Positions 13,596 through 24,773 of a stretch of DNA of 64,000 bases are shown one piece after another. The translations under genes were made by a program, and so were the position numbers. The DNA is taken from positions 20,770,001 to 20,834,000 of the forward strand of contig OZ024759.1 in assembly GCA_964016885.1 (NCBI GenBank), read 5' to 3'. A model generated the notes under the pieces. That model saw only the letters and a program-made list of their open reading frames with translations, made no database searches and was not told where the DNA came from. Source of the DNA: Eledone cirrhosa (Eukaryota). Each line of letters starts with the position of its first letter. Position 1 is the stretch's first letter.

Positions 13596-14841
13596 TTAAT
13601 ATTGTTATCATAGTTACGCTCCTTTTCGTACCAGTAACACAGTGGGGTCGATTTAATCGACTTTCCCCTCTCCCTAAATTTCTGGCCTTGTGCCTATCGT
13701 AGAAATCCCTATCGTTGTTGTTACTATCACCAAGTTCATTATCAACCACTTTACTTCCATCTGTGTTGTTCAGTGGACGACTCTCTACATAGACTTCTAA
13801 ATGAATTTATTTCAATACTGCTAATGACTTATCGATTCTTAATTAATTTTTTAATTACTTTAGGCGTTATATCTATATTTATTTATTTATTTGCAGTTTG
13901 TGTGTGTGTGTGTGTGTGTCTGTATATGTGTGTTTGTGCCTGTGTGTGTGTCTGTATATGTGTTTATGCCTATGTGTTGTGTCTGAATATGTGTGTTTAT
14001 GCCTATGTGTATATGTGTGTATTTGCCTAGGTGTCTGTGGGTGTGTCTGTTTCTGTGTGAGTATGTGTGTAGAAATATATCAGTAGAGATATATCTGTAA
14101 CCATGTTGAAGTCTTGTTACTGTTAATCATTTCTTAATGAGGGTGGGGCATTTTGGGGCGTGTGCTCGTACCTGGAGCAGGTGGGGCTGGCGGTTGATGT
14201 AGCTCAGTAGGTATATACCTGAGCCTAGGATTTTGAAGTGTGGGGGCGGGCCTACTGCCCTCATGTACTATTTTTTTTTACGTGGATGTACACCACATGT
14301 ACATGTACACTCTTAACCAATCTTACATAGATAAGATAAAAGGCCCTTAACGGATGGAGACGTAGGGGCGCCGTTTTGACAGATGGCATATCTTGGGCAT
14401 TTAAAACCTGACGGAGCACATTTTTCTCCGGGTCGGAGAAAGAGAGAGGAGATAAAAGGAGAGTGAGTGAGTAAGTGTGTGTATGTATGTGTGTGTATGT
14501 GTGTGTGTGTGTGTGATAGAGATATTGTGGAAGAATCTACTACATTACTCGACTGATACTTTATCTATCGACCTCGAAAATATGAAAGTCAAAGTTGCCC
14601 TCGGCGAGGTTTGACCTCAGAGAGCGATGAACTGAAACGCATACCGAGTATTTTTTTAAATTCAGCACCCGAGCGACTCTGCTATGCTAAATCTACGCCT
14701 TTCGTACTTGATCACTAAAGTAAACAATAGGTAGTTTGAATTACATGGGTTTTCATGTCATATTTCACCTGGGTCCGTAATCATATTTGGGGTGGGTTTT
14801 ACAACTTTAATCTTTACTAATAATAAATATTTGCTCTTCGA

Positions 14842-14896
<55 letters not shown>

Positions 14897-15093
14897 GTAG
14901 GTCCCGGGTTGAGTCGGGGATAACCACAGTAAGTAAGGTACTCAATACAAGGCAGAGTAAATTTTTTTTATTTTATTTTATAGAAGGAGCTTCTACAGGA
15001 CTAGTACTGTTTCATTCAGATGAAATCTTCAGGAAGCTTCCTGAAGATTTCATCTGAATGAAACAGTACTAGTCCTGTAGAAGCTCCTTCTAT
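14897..15093. mobile_element. PLE-type fold-back cassette family P1: tail plus perfect 114-bp palindrome (14980-15093), between (TA)n
   Basis: Perfect inverted repeat centred at 15036/15037. Tail ccacagtaagtaaggtactcaataca is shared with the copy at 56851-57037. Confidence 0.85.
15035..15085 (+). ncRNA. Type I hammerhead ribozyme motif (mirror copy on the minus strand)
   Basis: Stem I agcttc/gaagct; CUGAAGA; stem II U-U then ttc/gaa; GAAA; stem III acag/ctgt; GUA triplet ending at 15079. Confidence 0.75.
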
Positions 15094-15322
15094 TATATAT
15101 ATATATATATATATATAAATTCTTGTCGAACACTCTTCGATAAGCAGCGATTCTTTGCTTAAACTTTAATCTGTTATAATATATATATTTTGGGGGACAC
15201 TGTGAATTTTCTTTTTGAAGGACTACTGGCTTTTCAAATTTAGCTGTCCATTTAGCACTGACGGGGACCATCACTATTTTATTAATATCGATGTAGTTTT
15301 TTATATCGATATTGAATGGGCA

Positions 15323-15445
15323 TCCACTGATGAGTTATAAGGGCCCGCTTGTGTGTATATCTATGGATTATATACAAGTTTCTACAAAACCTGGACATTA
15401 TTTATCCCAAATTGTAGAAATGTTATAACGAAACGATCGTATGGA
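15323..15445 (+). ncRNA. Type I hammerhead ribozyme motif with a large branched stem II insertion
   Basis: Stem I tcca/tgga; CUGAUGA 15327-33; stem II gttataa/ttataac; GAAAC gatc GUA with palindromic stem III (acgatcgt). Confidence 0.82.
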
Positions 15446-15619
15446 AGGAAAGAGAGATTTATTTAAATATGTCTCATATAAAATAATACAAGCTATCCAC
15501 GGAATACTGTATAGTTAGCACCCCAAACACTAAAGTGGGATTATACTTAGGTATATCCTAATGTGTGTTGAGTGAGATGGAGTTGGTCAGAGTATCGCTT
15601 AAAGCTTTCTCTGTTAATG

Positions 15620-15682
<63 letters not shown>

Positions 15683-15724
15683 TTCAAAATATTAACAAAT
15701 ATAGATATTCGTGTGATGAAGTAT

Positions 15725-15983
15725 ATTTTATTATACATATTTCAGAGGTACTTCAACAGTACGTCCTCATCAGATAAAATAAGATGATGCATGACATACC
15801 TTGAATAAGTAGATGGTTAAAATTCAGTCATGGCAGTGCATAAGATAGGACAAAACTCAATATTTATATACCTTTAAAAAATGACATATAATACAGAAGG
15901 TGCGTCATGCATCATCTTATTTTATCTGATGAGGACGTACTGTTGAAGATAGCTCAGTACCTCTGAAATATGTATAATAAAAT
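15725..15983. mobile_element. PLE-type inverted-repeat cassette (arms 15725-15795 and 15904-15983)
   Basis: The arms are reverse complements; the left arm has a short deletion. Confidence 0.8.
15919..15983 (+). ncRNA. Type I hammerhead ribozyme motif
   Basis: Stem I attttat/ataaaat; CUGAUGA; stem II including gtactg/cagtac; GAAA; 2-bp stem III; AUA triplet ending at 15976. Confidence 0.75.
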
Positions 15984-16097
15984 CTCTGTGTATCTGTGTG
16001 TGTGTTTCTGTGTGTGCTGGGGAAAAGTTCTGAAACTATCGAGCCCTCTTTGGATTTTAGTCTTCAAATTTATTATTAATACTATATATATATATAT

Positions 16098-16679
16098 ATT
16101 GCCTGTCTGTTTCGTTCCTTGTATCTCTACCACTTTTAGCAGTTTCCTCTCTGTTACCCTCTCCTCAACTTTCACTCACTCATTCTCTGTCACTACCTCT
16201 CCTCCTCCTCTTTCCTCCTCCTCCTTCAAGTTTGACCTGTGTGTAATTCTTTTCTCGCGCAGTCTTGACCGAGCTGGTAATAATTTTTTTTCTCTCTCTC
16301 TTTCGTCTGCGACTTCACAAAACTTGCGTTTACCGAATTCGTAGACCAGTTTTCGTTCTCTCTCTCTCTCTCTCTCTCCTTTTTCCCCCCCGTCAAACTT
16401 GGGCGAAATTCTTTCCTTGCTCACATTTCTACCAGGTTCGATGGTCTTTCGTCTCTTGTTCACGATTTCACAGAGTTTATATTCATAGAGATCTGGGACT
16501 TGTCTATTTCTACTCACTTTCCGTTGCTATAACCCTTTTGTTGTTACTCTAATGTCTCCCCCTTATTTACGTGTCCCAACGACTTTTTTTAGCCGTTGTT
16601 CGCACCAACCTGAGGCATATGGCCCTTAAAGCGATGAAATGCCGAGGACGGTTGGAGGGTCACTGATGAGGACTCACTT

Positions 16680-16683
<4 letters not shown>
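16098..16683 (+). mobile_element. Non-coding TC-rich element (family R, copy A) ending in a permuted hammerhead, between (TA)n
   Basis: Body aligns by eye with the minus-strand copy at 18209-18682 (aaattctttccttgctcacattt vs aaattcttttctcgctcacattt; gtctttcgtct shared). Confidence 0.7.
16605..16670 (+). ncRNA. Candidate non-circularly permuted hammerhead ribozyme (copy A)
   Basis: ccaacc-tga-ggca-UA-tggccct...GAAA-tgcc...ggttgg-agggtca-CUGAUGA. Stem III ggca/tgcc, stem I tggccct/agggtca, outer helix ccaacc/ggttgg. Confidence 0.7.
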
Positions 16684-16737
<54 letters not shown>

Positions 16738-18208
16738 TTGTCGTTTTAACGACTGCTTTCACACACATCCACCCCATATGACCACTTTCGCTATGGCCAC
16801 CAAGCATATAAAAACTTCCTGTCCTTGCCACCAAGCATATAAAAACTTCCTGTCCTTCCCAGATAATAATAATAATAAATATAAATATAATGCTGCCATA
16901 ACACTCATGGAGCCAACACATCTGTAAATGTCTGTCATTTATATACCTATAAATCTACGACCTAACATTAGCATCACTGTCTGTTTCTGTGAATGGGTGT
17001 TGGGGGCTCTCTGTGTATCTGTGTGTGTGTTTCTGTGTGTGCTGGGGAAATGTTCTTTCTTCAAATATATATTCAGAGGAAACGATTGTATTCGAGTTTG
17101 ATCTTTTTATTTATATATTAATGATTAATGAAACATAATTACCAATAAAAGATCAAACCCGATCACACAAAGACACACATACGCACACACACACACACAC
17201 ACAGACACACAGACACACACATACGCACACGCACACACACACAAATAAATATATATATATAAGTATAAATATGTGTTTGTGTGTGTTGGTCTATATATAT
17301 ATATATATTATATATATATATATGTGTGTGTAATTCATTATCATATATTGTATCATTATGTATATATGTATATATATATATACACACACATATATATACA
17401 CATATATATATACACATATATATATATACACACATATATATATACACATATATATACACACATATATACACACATATATATACACACACATATAGATATA
17501 TACACACACATATATATATATACACACACACACACATATAAATATATATATATACACAGATATATATACACATATATACACACACACGTATATATATATT
17601 TATATAGATATATATATACACACACACAAACGCATTAGTATAAATTTCTCTATATTTGATAATTATTAGCAATGTCAGAGTTAGTCGGAATCAGCGACCT
17701 TTATGTCATTTATTCATAACAAATCAATTAGTCAGAGTTTCATTGTTCATTGGGGGTTCTTCAGCATTCTTGGTCTGGTTTGATGTGGTTATAGCTTAGC
17801 TGGAGAAGGTCTGAGACAGTGGAGATAGACATTGAGGATAGGACATTAGAGGAAACAAAAAAAAAATGGTTGTAATTCTATAGAAGAATGGTTTGATCAA
17901 GACCAGTGATTCTGAAATGGACTGGAGTACTTTAACCCCAGGGTGAAGGGATTAGGAAAGAATCTGAACTGTGACACAGTAGTGTGTATTGTGTGTATGT
18001 ATGATTGTGTGTATATATGTATTATGTATGTATGTTTGTGTATGTATGATTGTGTGTGTATATATATGTATGTATTATGTATGTATAATTGTGTATGCGT
18101 ATGTATATATTTATATATATGTATGAATGTTTGTGTATGTATGATTGTGTGTGTATATGTATGTATAATTGTATATGTGTATGTATAAATGTATATATAT
18201 ATATATAA

Positions 18209-18682
18209 AAATTAAAAAATAGAGTAAGAAGCCAGGACTATCCGTCCTCAGTGATCTTCTGGCCACCATAGGTATTTCTTCGCATTAAAGATCATATACC
18301 TCAGGCCAGCGCGAGCAATAACCCAATAAAGTTATTGGGATGCAAAGAATTGGCTGGAGAAAGAGAGACATGTAAAAAAACAAGAATGGTAAGGCAACGT
18401 AAAGGGTGAAAAATCAAGTCAGTGATACAAGTGAACATAAGATCTGGCGAATCAGTGACGAAAAGACGAAAGACGCATCCAGGCCATGCGAAATGTGAGC
18501 GAGAAAAGAATTTTACACAGGTCAGACGGGTGGGAGAGAGAGAGAGAGAGAGAGAGAGGGTGAGTAGCAGAGAGTGAGTGAGTGAAATTGTGAGGAAGAG
18601 GCTAGCAGAGGGGGTGAATGAAAGTAAGAGGTACAAGGAGAGAGAAAGAATAGTGCTGGCTTCTTACTCTATTTTTTTAATT
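18209..18682 (-). mobile_element. Family R copy C, with its 3' tail duplicated in inverted orientation at the 5' end (PLE-like)
   Basis: About 31 bp at 18210-18240 is the reverse complement of 18651-18682; TC-rich body is homologous to copy A. Confidence 0.72.
18244..18309 (-). ncRNA. Candidate non-circularly permuted hammerhead ribozyme (copy C)
   Basis: Minus strand: ctggcc-tga-ggta-UA-tgatctt-taatgcgaa-GAAA-tacc-tatggt-ggccag-aagatca-CUGAGGA. All three helices are fully Watson-Crick. Confidence 0.7.
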
Positions 18683-18794
18683 CATATGCTTGTGCCCTTC
18701 CTATCTACGGTTAACTTTCCTCTTTGTTGTTTACTTGTCTCACTCGCTTTACGCGTTTTAATTGTCCTAATAACTTAATTTAGTTATTATTGCA

Positions 18795-18860
18795 CCAACG
18801 TGAGGTATATGATTTTTAATGCAATGAAATATCTATGATCGTTGGCAAATCACTGATGAG
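18795..18860 (+). ncRNA. Candidate non-circularly permuted hammerhead ribozyme (copy B1)
   Basis: Outer ccaacg/cgttgg; stem III ggta/tatc; AUA; stem I tgattt/aaatca; GAAA 18826-29; CUGAUGA 18853-59. Confidence 0.68.
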
Positions 18861-19322
18861 GGACTCATTTTATAACATGTTATCCATGTGCAACCTGCAG
18901 TATTCTTCTCCCCATTTTTTCACATATATTTACCTAAACTGCGATTCTCTTTTTCTCTCTCTCTCTTACTGCTCCCTCGTTCTCTCTGTTTCTCTTACTT
19001 TCTTTCGCCCCCTCTGTCATGTCAGTTAACACTTTCTCTCTACTGACCTCTTCCTCACACTTCCACTCACTCAATCACTGTTTCTCCCCTTCTCACTTCA
19101 CCCCGTTCGCGACGAAAACAAATTCCTTCTTTCCTACATTTGGATTCATCTCGAAAGGTCTTTTTTCTACGCGCTCATATATTCACCCAGCTTATGCTGA
19201 CAGAATAACTATGTAGCTTGTGCCCTTCCTATCTACGGTTAGCTTTCCCCTGTGTTGTGTACTTGTCTCACTCGCTTTACGCGTTTTAATTGTCCTAATA
19301 ACTTAATTTAGCTATTATTGCA

Positions 19323-19388
19323 CCAACGTGAGGTATATGATTTTTAATGCAATGAAATATCTATGATCGTTGGCAAATCACTGATGAG
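19323..19388 (+). ncRNA. Candidate non-circularly permuted hammerhead ribozyme (copy B2)
   Basis: Identical to B1; CUGAUGA at 19381-87. Confidence 0.68.
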
Positions 19389-19923
19389 GGACTCATTTTA
19401 TAACATGTTATCCATGTGCAACCTGCAGTATTCTCCCCATTTTTTCACATATATATATATATAAACCTGCGGCTCAGTGGTTACTGATGATGTTGATCTT
19501 TTCTTCTTTTCGGGTTATAGCTACAGCCATCATGTATATATGCATTATGTATGTATGTATGTATGATGAATATATGATTGTGTGTGTATGTATGTATTAT
19601 GTATGTCTGTATGTTTGTGTGTATTTATGGACACGTAACTTCTGATGCAGTCGTAGGGACACCGTAGCATCAAACGCCATAGTGTCTTGGCCACTTCAAA
19701 CCTGGCCGAGCGTATCTTCTCTCCAGGTGGGAACATAGCCGAGAGAGATAAGTGTGTATGGGGGGGGGGGACGTAGAGGAAGAATTGACACCAGTACTAG
19801 ACTGGTATTTATTTTTTTATTAATCCGAAAAAGAATGAAAGGCAAGTGTGTCCTTGGCAGAATTTTAAGGACATCCTTGCCGTCCTGAGCCGAATCAAAT
19901 ATCGCAGAACAATCAATTCTCCA

Positions 19924-20050
19924 ACGTCCCTTTACGGTCTGAGTTCAAATCCCGTCGAGGTTAACTTTGCCTTTCATCCTTACGGGGTCGATAAAATAAA
20001 GTACCAGTAATGTACTGGGTAATTGCTGGCCTTGTTCCAATAGTAGAAAC

Positions 20051-20053
<3 letters not shown>
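19924..20053 (+). mobile_element. SINE family A, 5'-truncated
   Basis: B box, core and tail present. Confidence 0.88.
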
Positions 20054-20107
<54 letters not shown>

Positions 20108-20109
20108 TA

Positions 20110-20298
20110 CATGAGGGGGTGGTGAACAATTCCCGGCTTTAAGGGTATCGAGAATGGTTAAAGCCGTTTCCTTTACATGGGAGGTAGGACCGCTGCAACA
20201 AGTGTGTGGATCTGAGGGGGGAATATGTTGAATAACATCATAATTGATTGACCCTCCTGCATTTTCTTTTTCCCAAATCCAGGAACTTTACAGCATCT

Positions 20299-20305
<7 letters not shown>
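20110..20305 (+). mobile_element. Internally deleted mariner (MITE)
   Basis: Imperfect TIRs catgagggggtggtgaacaattcccgg / ccaggaactttacagcatctcctcgtg, preceded by TA. Retains the mariner transposase C-terminus NKCVDLRGEYVE*. Confidence 0.78.
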
Positions 20306-20333
<28 letters not shown>

Positions 20334-21469
20334 CACGTGGGAATGCTGAAAAGTTATATAAAGGGCGAAGGTTTCAAGAATATCATCTTTGTGCGTTCCC
20401 TTGTCCTTTCAATTTGGATTGCCTCGGGAACGTAACCTTATTATGTAAGAAGCTGTCTGATGAGATCAAGGCACTGGTTACGCGGAATCGCGTGGCCACT
20501 GTCGAAATCGAAATATGTATCACAGCCTTATCAATGAAGGAATTTAGCATCTGAAACTACTTCGCATTTTCTTATATCTATCTATCAATCTATCTCGAGT
20601 GAATGGGCCTTCTCTGTATATAAACCTGTAGGTTGAGGAAGATAAACAGAGGGAAGACAGGAACACCTACAAAACGTGTTCCTGGTGTTGAGGGTGTTCT
20701 ATCCACGGGGTGTAAAACAACCCTGCAGTAACGTTCCCTCCTATTGGGGATTTCAATTGTTATTTTATTATATATAGTTTATTGTTATTTATTAATGTTA
20801 AAGTTATTTTTATGTAAAAGCCCCGCCGTCACGTCTTGTAATGTCCCCTTTTTGTACGCCCCTGTGGCAAATAAAGAAAGATATCTATCTATCAAATTGT
20901 GATAACATTTTACACGTTTTTATTGTATGTAAACTTCCCCCTTTGTATTTGTCCCCTTCTTTTGTGCCCCTGTGGCTAATAAAGAAATATATCTATCTAT
21001 CAAATGAAATAACCAATATACCGAACTATATATAATTACAATCCTTAATTAATAATTAACACAGTGTTCTCTATTACGCCTTCCAGCAAATTTTATCAAT
21101 TCGTTGTCACTCTGGTCTGGTACTTGATCAAGTGACCCCAAAGGGCAAAGGTAGATGACAAGAAAACATGACTTAGGATATATAATACCACATCAGATAT
21201 AACAAGGCTTGCTGTACGATATCCTTTCTTTCGCCTTCAAAGTCTTCTCTTTCTTCTTCTTTGTCCACTTACTCCTGTGAGGAGGGTTGTTGGGTCAGTG
21301 TCCTCAAGTACGCCTTCCAGCAAGGCATGCTGTACGATATTCTAATAAATTTTAGCAATTCGATATCACTCTGGTCTGGTCTGGTACTTGATTTATCGAT
21401 CCCTAAAGACAAAGATAGATGAAAAGAAGTATGACTTGAACTTAGGATACATATAACTACTTCTTCGAT

Positions 21470-21845
21470 CCTTACCTGGCACATGGGGGAGGCTGTCTTC
21501 TCAACCAATATGCTGCTGTGGGTGCTGCTGTATGATGGGCTCCATGCTTTTCTATCCATGGTGCTGGCCTTAATGTGGTCGAGGTCGAGGTGCTTTCAGG
21601 TCCTCCTTAATTTCTATCGTCCATGTCTTCTTCGGTGTGCTGCACTGGATTCTCTAGTGCATGGGTCGCTGTCTTGACAAAAGTTGGTATGGTATTCTTC
21701 TGGTGCTCATTCTGCAGACGTGGCCAAACCACTGTGTGCCGGACCACTGTGGCCAAACCACTGTGTTGCCGGACCACTGTGGCCAAACCACTGTGTTGCC
21801 GGATTTGGTCTTCAATGGTCGGCTGCTGCTGGCATTGTTCTCGAA
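21470..21845 (-). mobile_element. RTE-clade LINE 3' fragment with a small internal tandem duplication
   Basis: Minus strand QWFGHVCRMSTRRIPYQLL...PKKTWTIEIKEDLK. tggccaaaccactgtgt occurs three times. Confidence 0.68.
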
Positions 21846-22504
21846 TATAGTAAGGCTTGCTGTACGATATTGTAACAAATTTTACCCTCCCACCATCGAC
21901 GCCGACAGGTTAAAAAGCCACATTTACATTGGCAGTGGAATTTGAAATCAGAATACAAAGATTCGGAATAAATACCAGAAGGCGTATTTCCAGTCGGACG
22001 CTCTAACGATTCTGCCAGCTGGCCGCCATAGTAACTTAATTTGAGGAATCCTAAATGAAACAAGATAAAAACCGTTATTAATATAATTTTCCTTGTAACT
22101 TAATTTATATTTTATGAACATCTAAACAACTACAACAACAACTTCAATAACAACGACGACGACGACGACGACGACGACGAGAGCAGCAGCAGCAGCAGCA
22201 TCAACAATGGCAAAAAAAAATACAACAAGAACAGAAATTAATAATGATATATAACGTTTGGCGGAAGGCCACATAAAATTTGACAGCGAAGATTTCTCGT
22301 GATTTATTCGACGCCATTACCTGATTAGTTACAATTATTATTTTGTAGATGCCAGAGGGATGAGAAAACCACATTCAGACCCTAGCGGGAATTAGAAATC
22401 AGTATGGCGGGGGCCATTTTAATTTTTTAAAACATAGAAAACAGGCTCACAGATTTAGACAGAAATGCATAAGTCAGTTATTTGAACCAGTATATCACTG
22501 CTGA

Positions 22505-23863
22505 GGCGGCGAATTGTCAGAGTGGTTAGAATGTCGGATAGAATGGTATGTGCTATTGCTTTCAGTTCTTTACTCTCTGGGTTGAAATCTTGTCGAGGTC
22601 AGTTCTTCCGCTATATCTCTTTCTCTTGCCTTTCATCCTTACGGGGGTCGATAAAATAAAGTACCAGTAATGCACTGGGATAATTGCTGGCCTTGTGCCA
22701 AAAGTAGAAACAAATATTATTGTTAAGATGGTGGATTGGCAGTATTGGTAGAGGGTCGGACGCCATGCATTGAAGCATAGAGTTACCTCCCTGTATGATC
22801 TGAGTTCAAATCCCGCCGAGGTTAACTTTGCCTTTCATCCTTACAGGGTCGATAAAATAAAGTACCAGTAATGCACTGGGATAATTGCTGGCCTTGTGCC
22901 AAAAGTAGAAACAATTATTTATGGCGGTGGATTGTCAGTATCGGTAGAGAGTCGGACGCCATTCTGAGTTCAAATCCCGCCGAGGTTAACTTTGCCTTTC
23001 ATCCTTACGGGGTCGATAAAATAAAGTACCAGTTATGCACTGGAGTAATTGCTGGCCTTGTGCCAAAAGAAGAAACAATTATTTCACTCTATCTTTCTGG
23101 GGGAAATCTGCTGTATTCAGACCCAGAGAAGAGAGGGGCTTCGTCAGGTTTAATAAAGGTAGCCATCTTGATTTTGATGATGATGTTGTTAATGTAGGAC
23201 TGTATGTTATGTTGTGTTGTGTTATAAAGTTTCTTAATAGTTAAGATGATTGGCAACGAATTGCCAGAGTTGTTAGAACGTTGGATAGAACGGTGTGTGG
23301 TATTGGTTTGTTCTTTACTTTCTGGGTTCAAATCTTGCCGGGGGTCAACTTTGCCTTTCATCCATTCAAGGTCATTAAAAAAAAGGGCACCAGTCTGTTA
23401 CTGGAGTCGATTCTTCCGCTATATCGCTTTTTCACTTCCATTCTTTCACTCTGTATCCTTTCTCGAAGAAATCTGCTGTATTCAGAGATGGGTTTCGTCG
23501 GGTTTAAGAAAGGTAATCTTGATTTTTATGGTGTTGTTGTTAAAGGAGGACTGTGTGTTATGCTGTGTTGTGTTATAAAGTTTCTTCGGAAGAATACGGT
23601 CTGACCGAACCTATATTTCAGGTCTGATAGTATACAGTTATATAACTGCCATAGATCAGTCAACATGTCAGTATGATCAAACCTCCGAAACGATCGTAAA
23701 ACAATTATGTGAATAGGTAAAATAACTCGACTTTGTTGTTATTATTTTCATTGTCAAATCCCACCGAGGTTGATTTTGCCTTTCATCCTTACGGGGTCGA
23801 TAAAATAAAGTACCAGTAATGCACTGGGTAATTGCTGGTCTTGTGCCTAAAGTAGAAACAATT
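22505..23863 (+). mobile_element. Cluster of about 5 SINE family A copies plus a local duplication (23107-23235 / 23471-23586)
   Basis: Core and tail at ~22628, 22728, 22922, 23330 and 23755. Confidence 0.82.
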
Positions 23864-24055
23864 ATTTTCATTGTTAAATTAATATCTTTTATCTGACTCT
23901 GTATCTAAGGATTTAACTCAGCGGAACACGGAACCTTTCTATGGATTTCACTGGATTACTCACCATCAGATTACATTGAGTTCTATCTACGGTACGGACC
24001 CTACCACCAAGGGTAGACCACATTGAAAAAAAAAAAATATATATATATATATAGA

Positions 24056-24282
24056 TAGTTATGTTATAAACAACATAAGATAATTATTTCATTTACCAGT
24101 GGTTTCTTGAAGGCAGATATTTATATCTGTCTTCAGTCGTCTGATGACAGATATAAATATCTGCCTTCAAGAAACCACTGGTAAATGAAATAATTATCTT
24201 ATGTTGTTTATTACATAACTAATAAGCTCTGTAGCCTACATAGAGCACTCTTTTTCCTGTACCTTTCCTACGGAAATACTTC

Positions 24283-24286
<4 letters not shown>
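24056..24286. mobile_element. PLE-type fold-back cassette family P2 (palindrome 24056-24221 plus tail), degenerate HHR
   Basis: Apex tcttcag-tcgt-ctgatga; GAAACC act GGTA. Tail agagcactcttttt...cggaaatacttcatt is shared with 28041, 30050, 44140 and 52120. Confidence 0.82.
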
Positions 24287-24320
<34 letters not shown>

Positions 24321-24361
24321 AAATGAAAATCCGAAGGCAAGGTAAAATTCCAATCATTTAA

Positions 24362-24435
24362 TCACAACACATGTTTCGATAAGAGATGAATCGATTGTGA
24401 AGCCATGATCGATTCTCACTGATCTCATCAGGTGA
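24362..24435 (-). ncRNA. Type I hammerhead ribozyme motif
   Basis: Minus strand: tcac CUGAUGA gat...gaatcgat/atcgattc...atc GAAAC atgt GUU gtga. Confidence 0.7.
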
Positions 24436-24588
24436 AAATGAATTGTCTTCAAATTCTTGATATGAGGGAGAAAAATAACGATGTTGTCCCACAGAATTCA
24501 TTCCCTCATATCATACACAACCAATAATGCACCTTACTATATAACAACTATGTATATATATATTGTTATGTTATCTATATTACAGTAG

Positions 24589-24773
24589 GGCGGTGGATTG
24601 GCAGTATCAATAGAGGGTCGGACGCCATGCTTTGCAGAACAGTTACGTCCCTTTACGGGCTGAGTTCAAGACCCGCCGAGGTTAACTTTGCCTTTCATCC
24701 TTAACGGGTCGATAAAATAAAGTACCAGTAATACACTGGAATAATTGCTGGCCTTGTGCCAAAAGTAGAAACA
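24589..24773 (+). mobile_element. SINE family A, full length
   Basis: ggcggtggattggcagtatc head, B box, core, tail. Confidence 0.88.

Larger units (their letters stand above)
18688..19450 (+). mobile_element. Family R copy B: partial tandem with ~235-bp direct repeats 528 bp apart (pLTR/retrozyme-like)
   Basis: 18688-~18925 is nearly identical to 19216-~19450. Each repeat holds the permuted HHR; a TC-rich body lies between. Confidence 0.8.

Noticed and set aside
15120-15274. GIY-YIG-like peptide YIYYNRLKFKQRIAAYRRVF on the minus strand
   Set aside because: Too short and lacks the conserved Gly; may be an inverted PLE fragment but unsupported.
16605-16670. SECIS, twister, pistol or ordinary type I HHR reading of the family R motif
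   Set aside because: Helix lengths and conserved bases do not fit SECIS, twister or pistol. Reading ctgagg as the core breaks CUGANGA in every copy, whereas the Z-Y-X model keeps all core bases.
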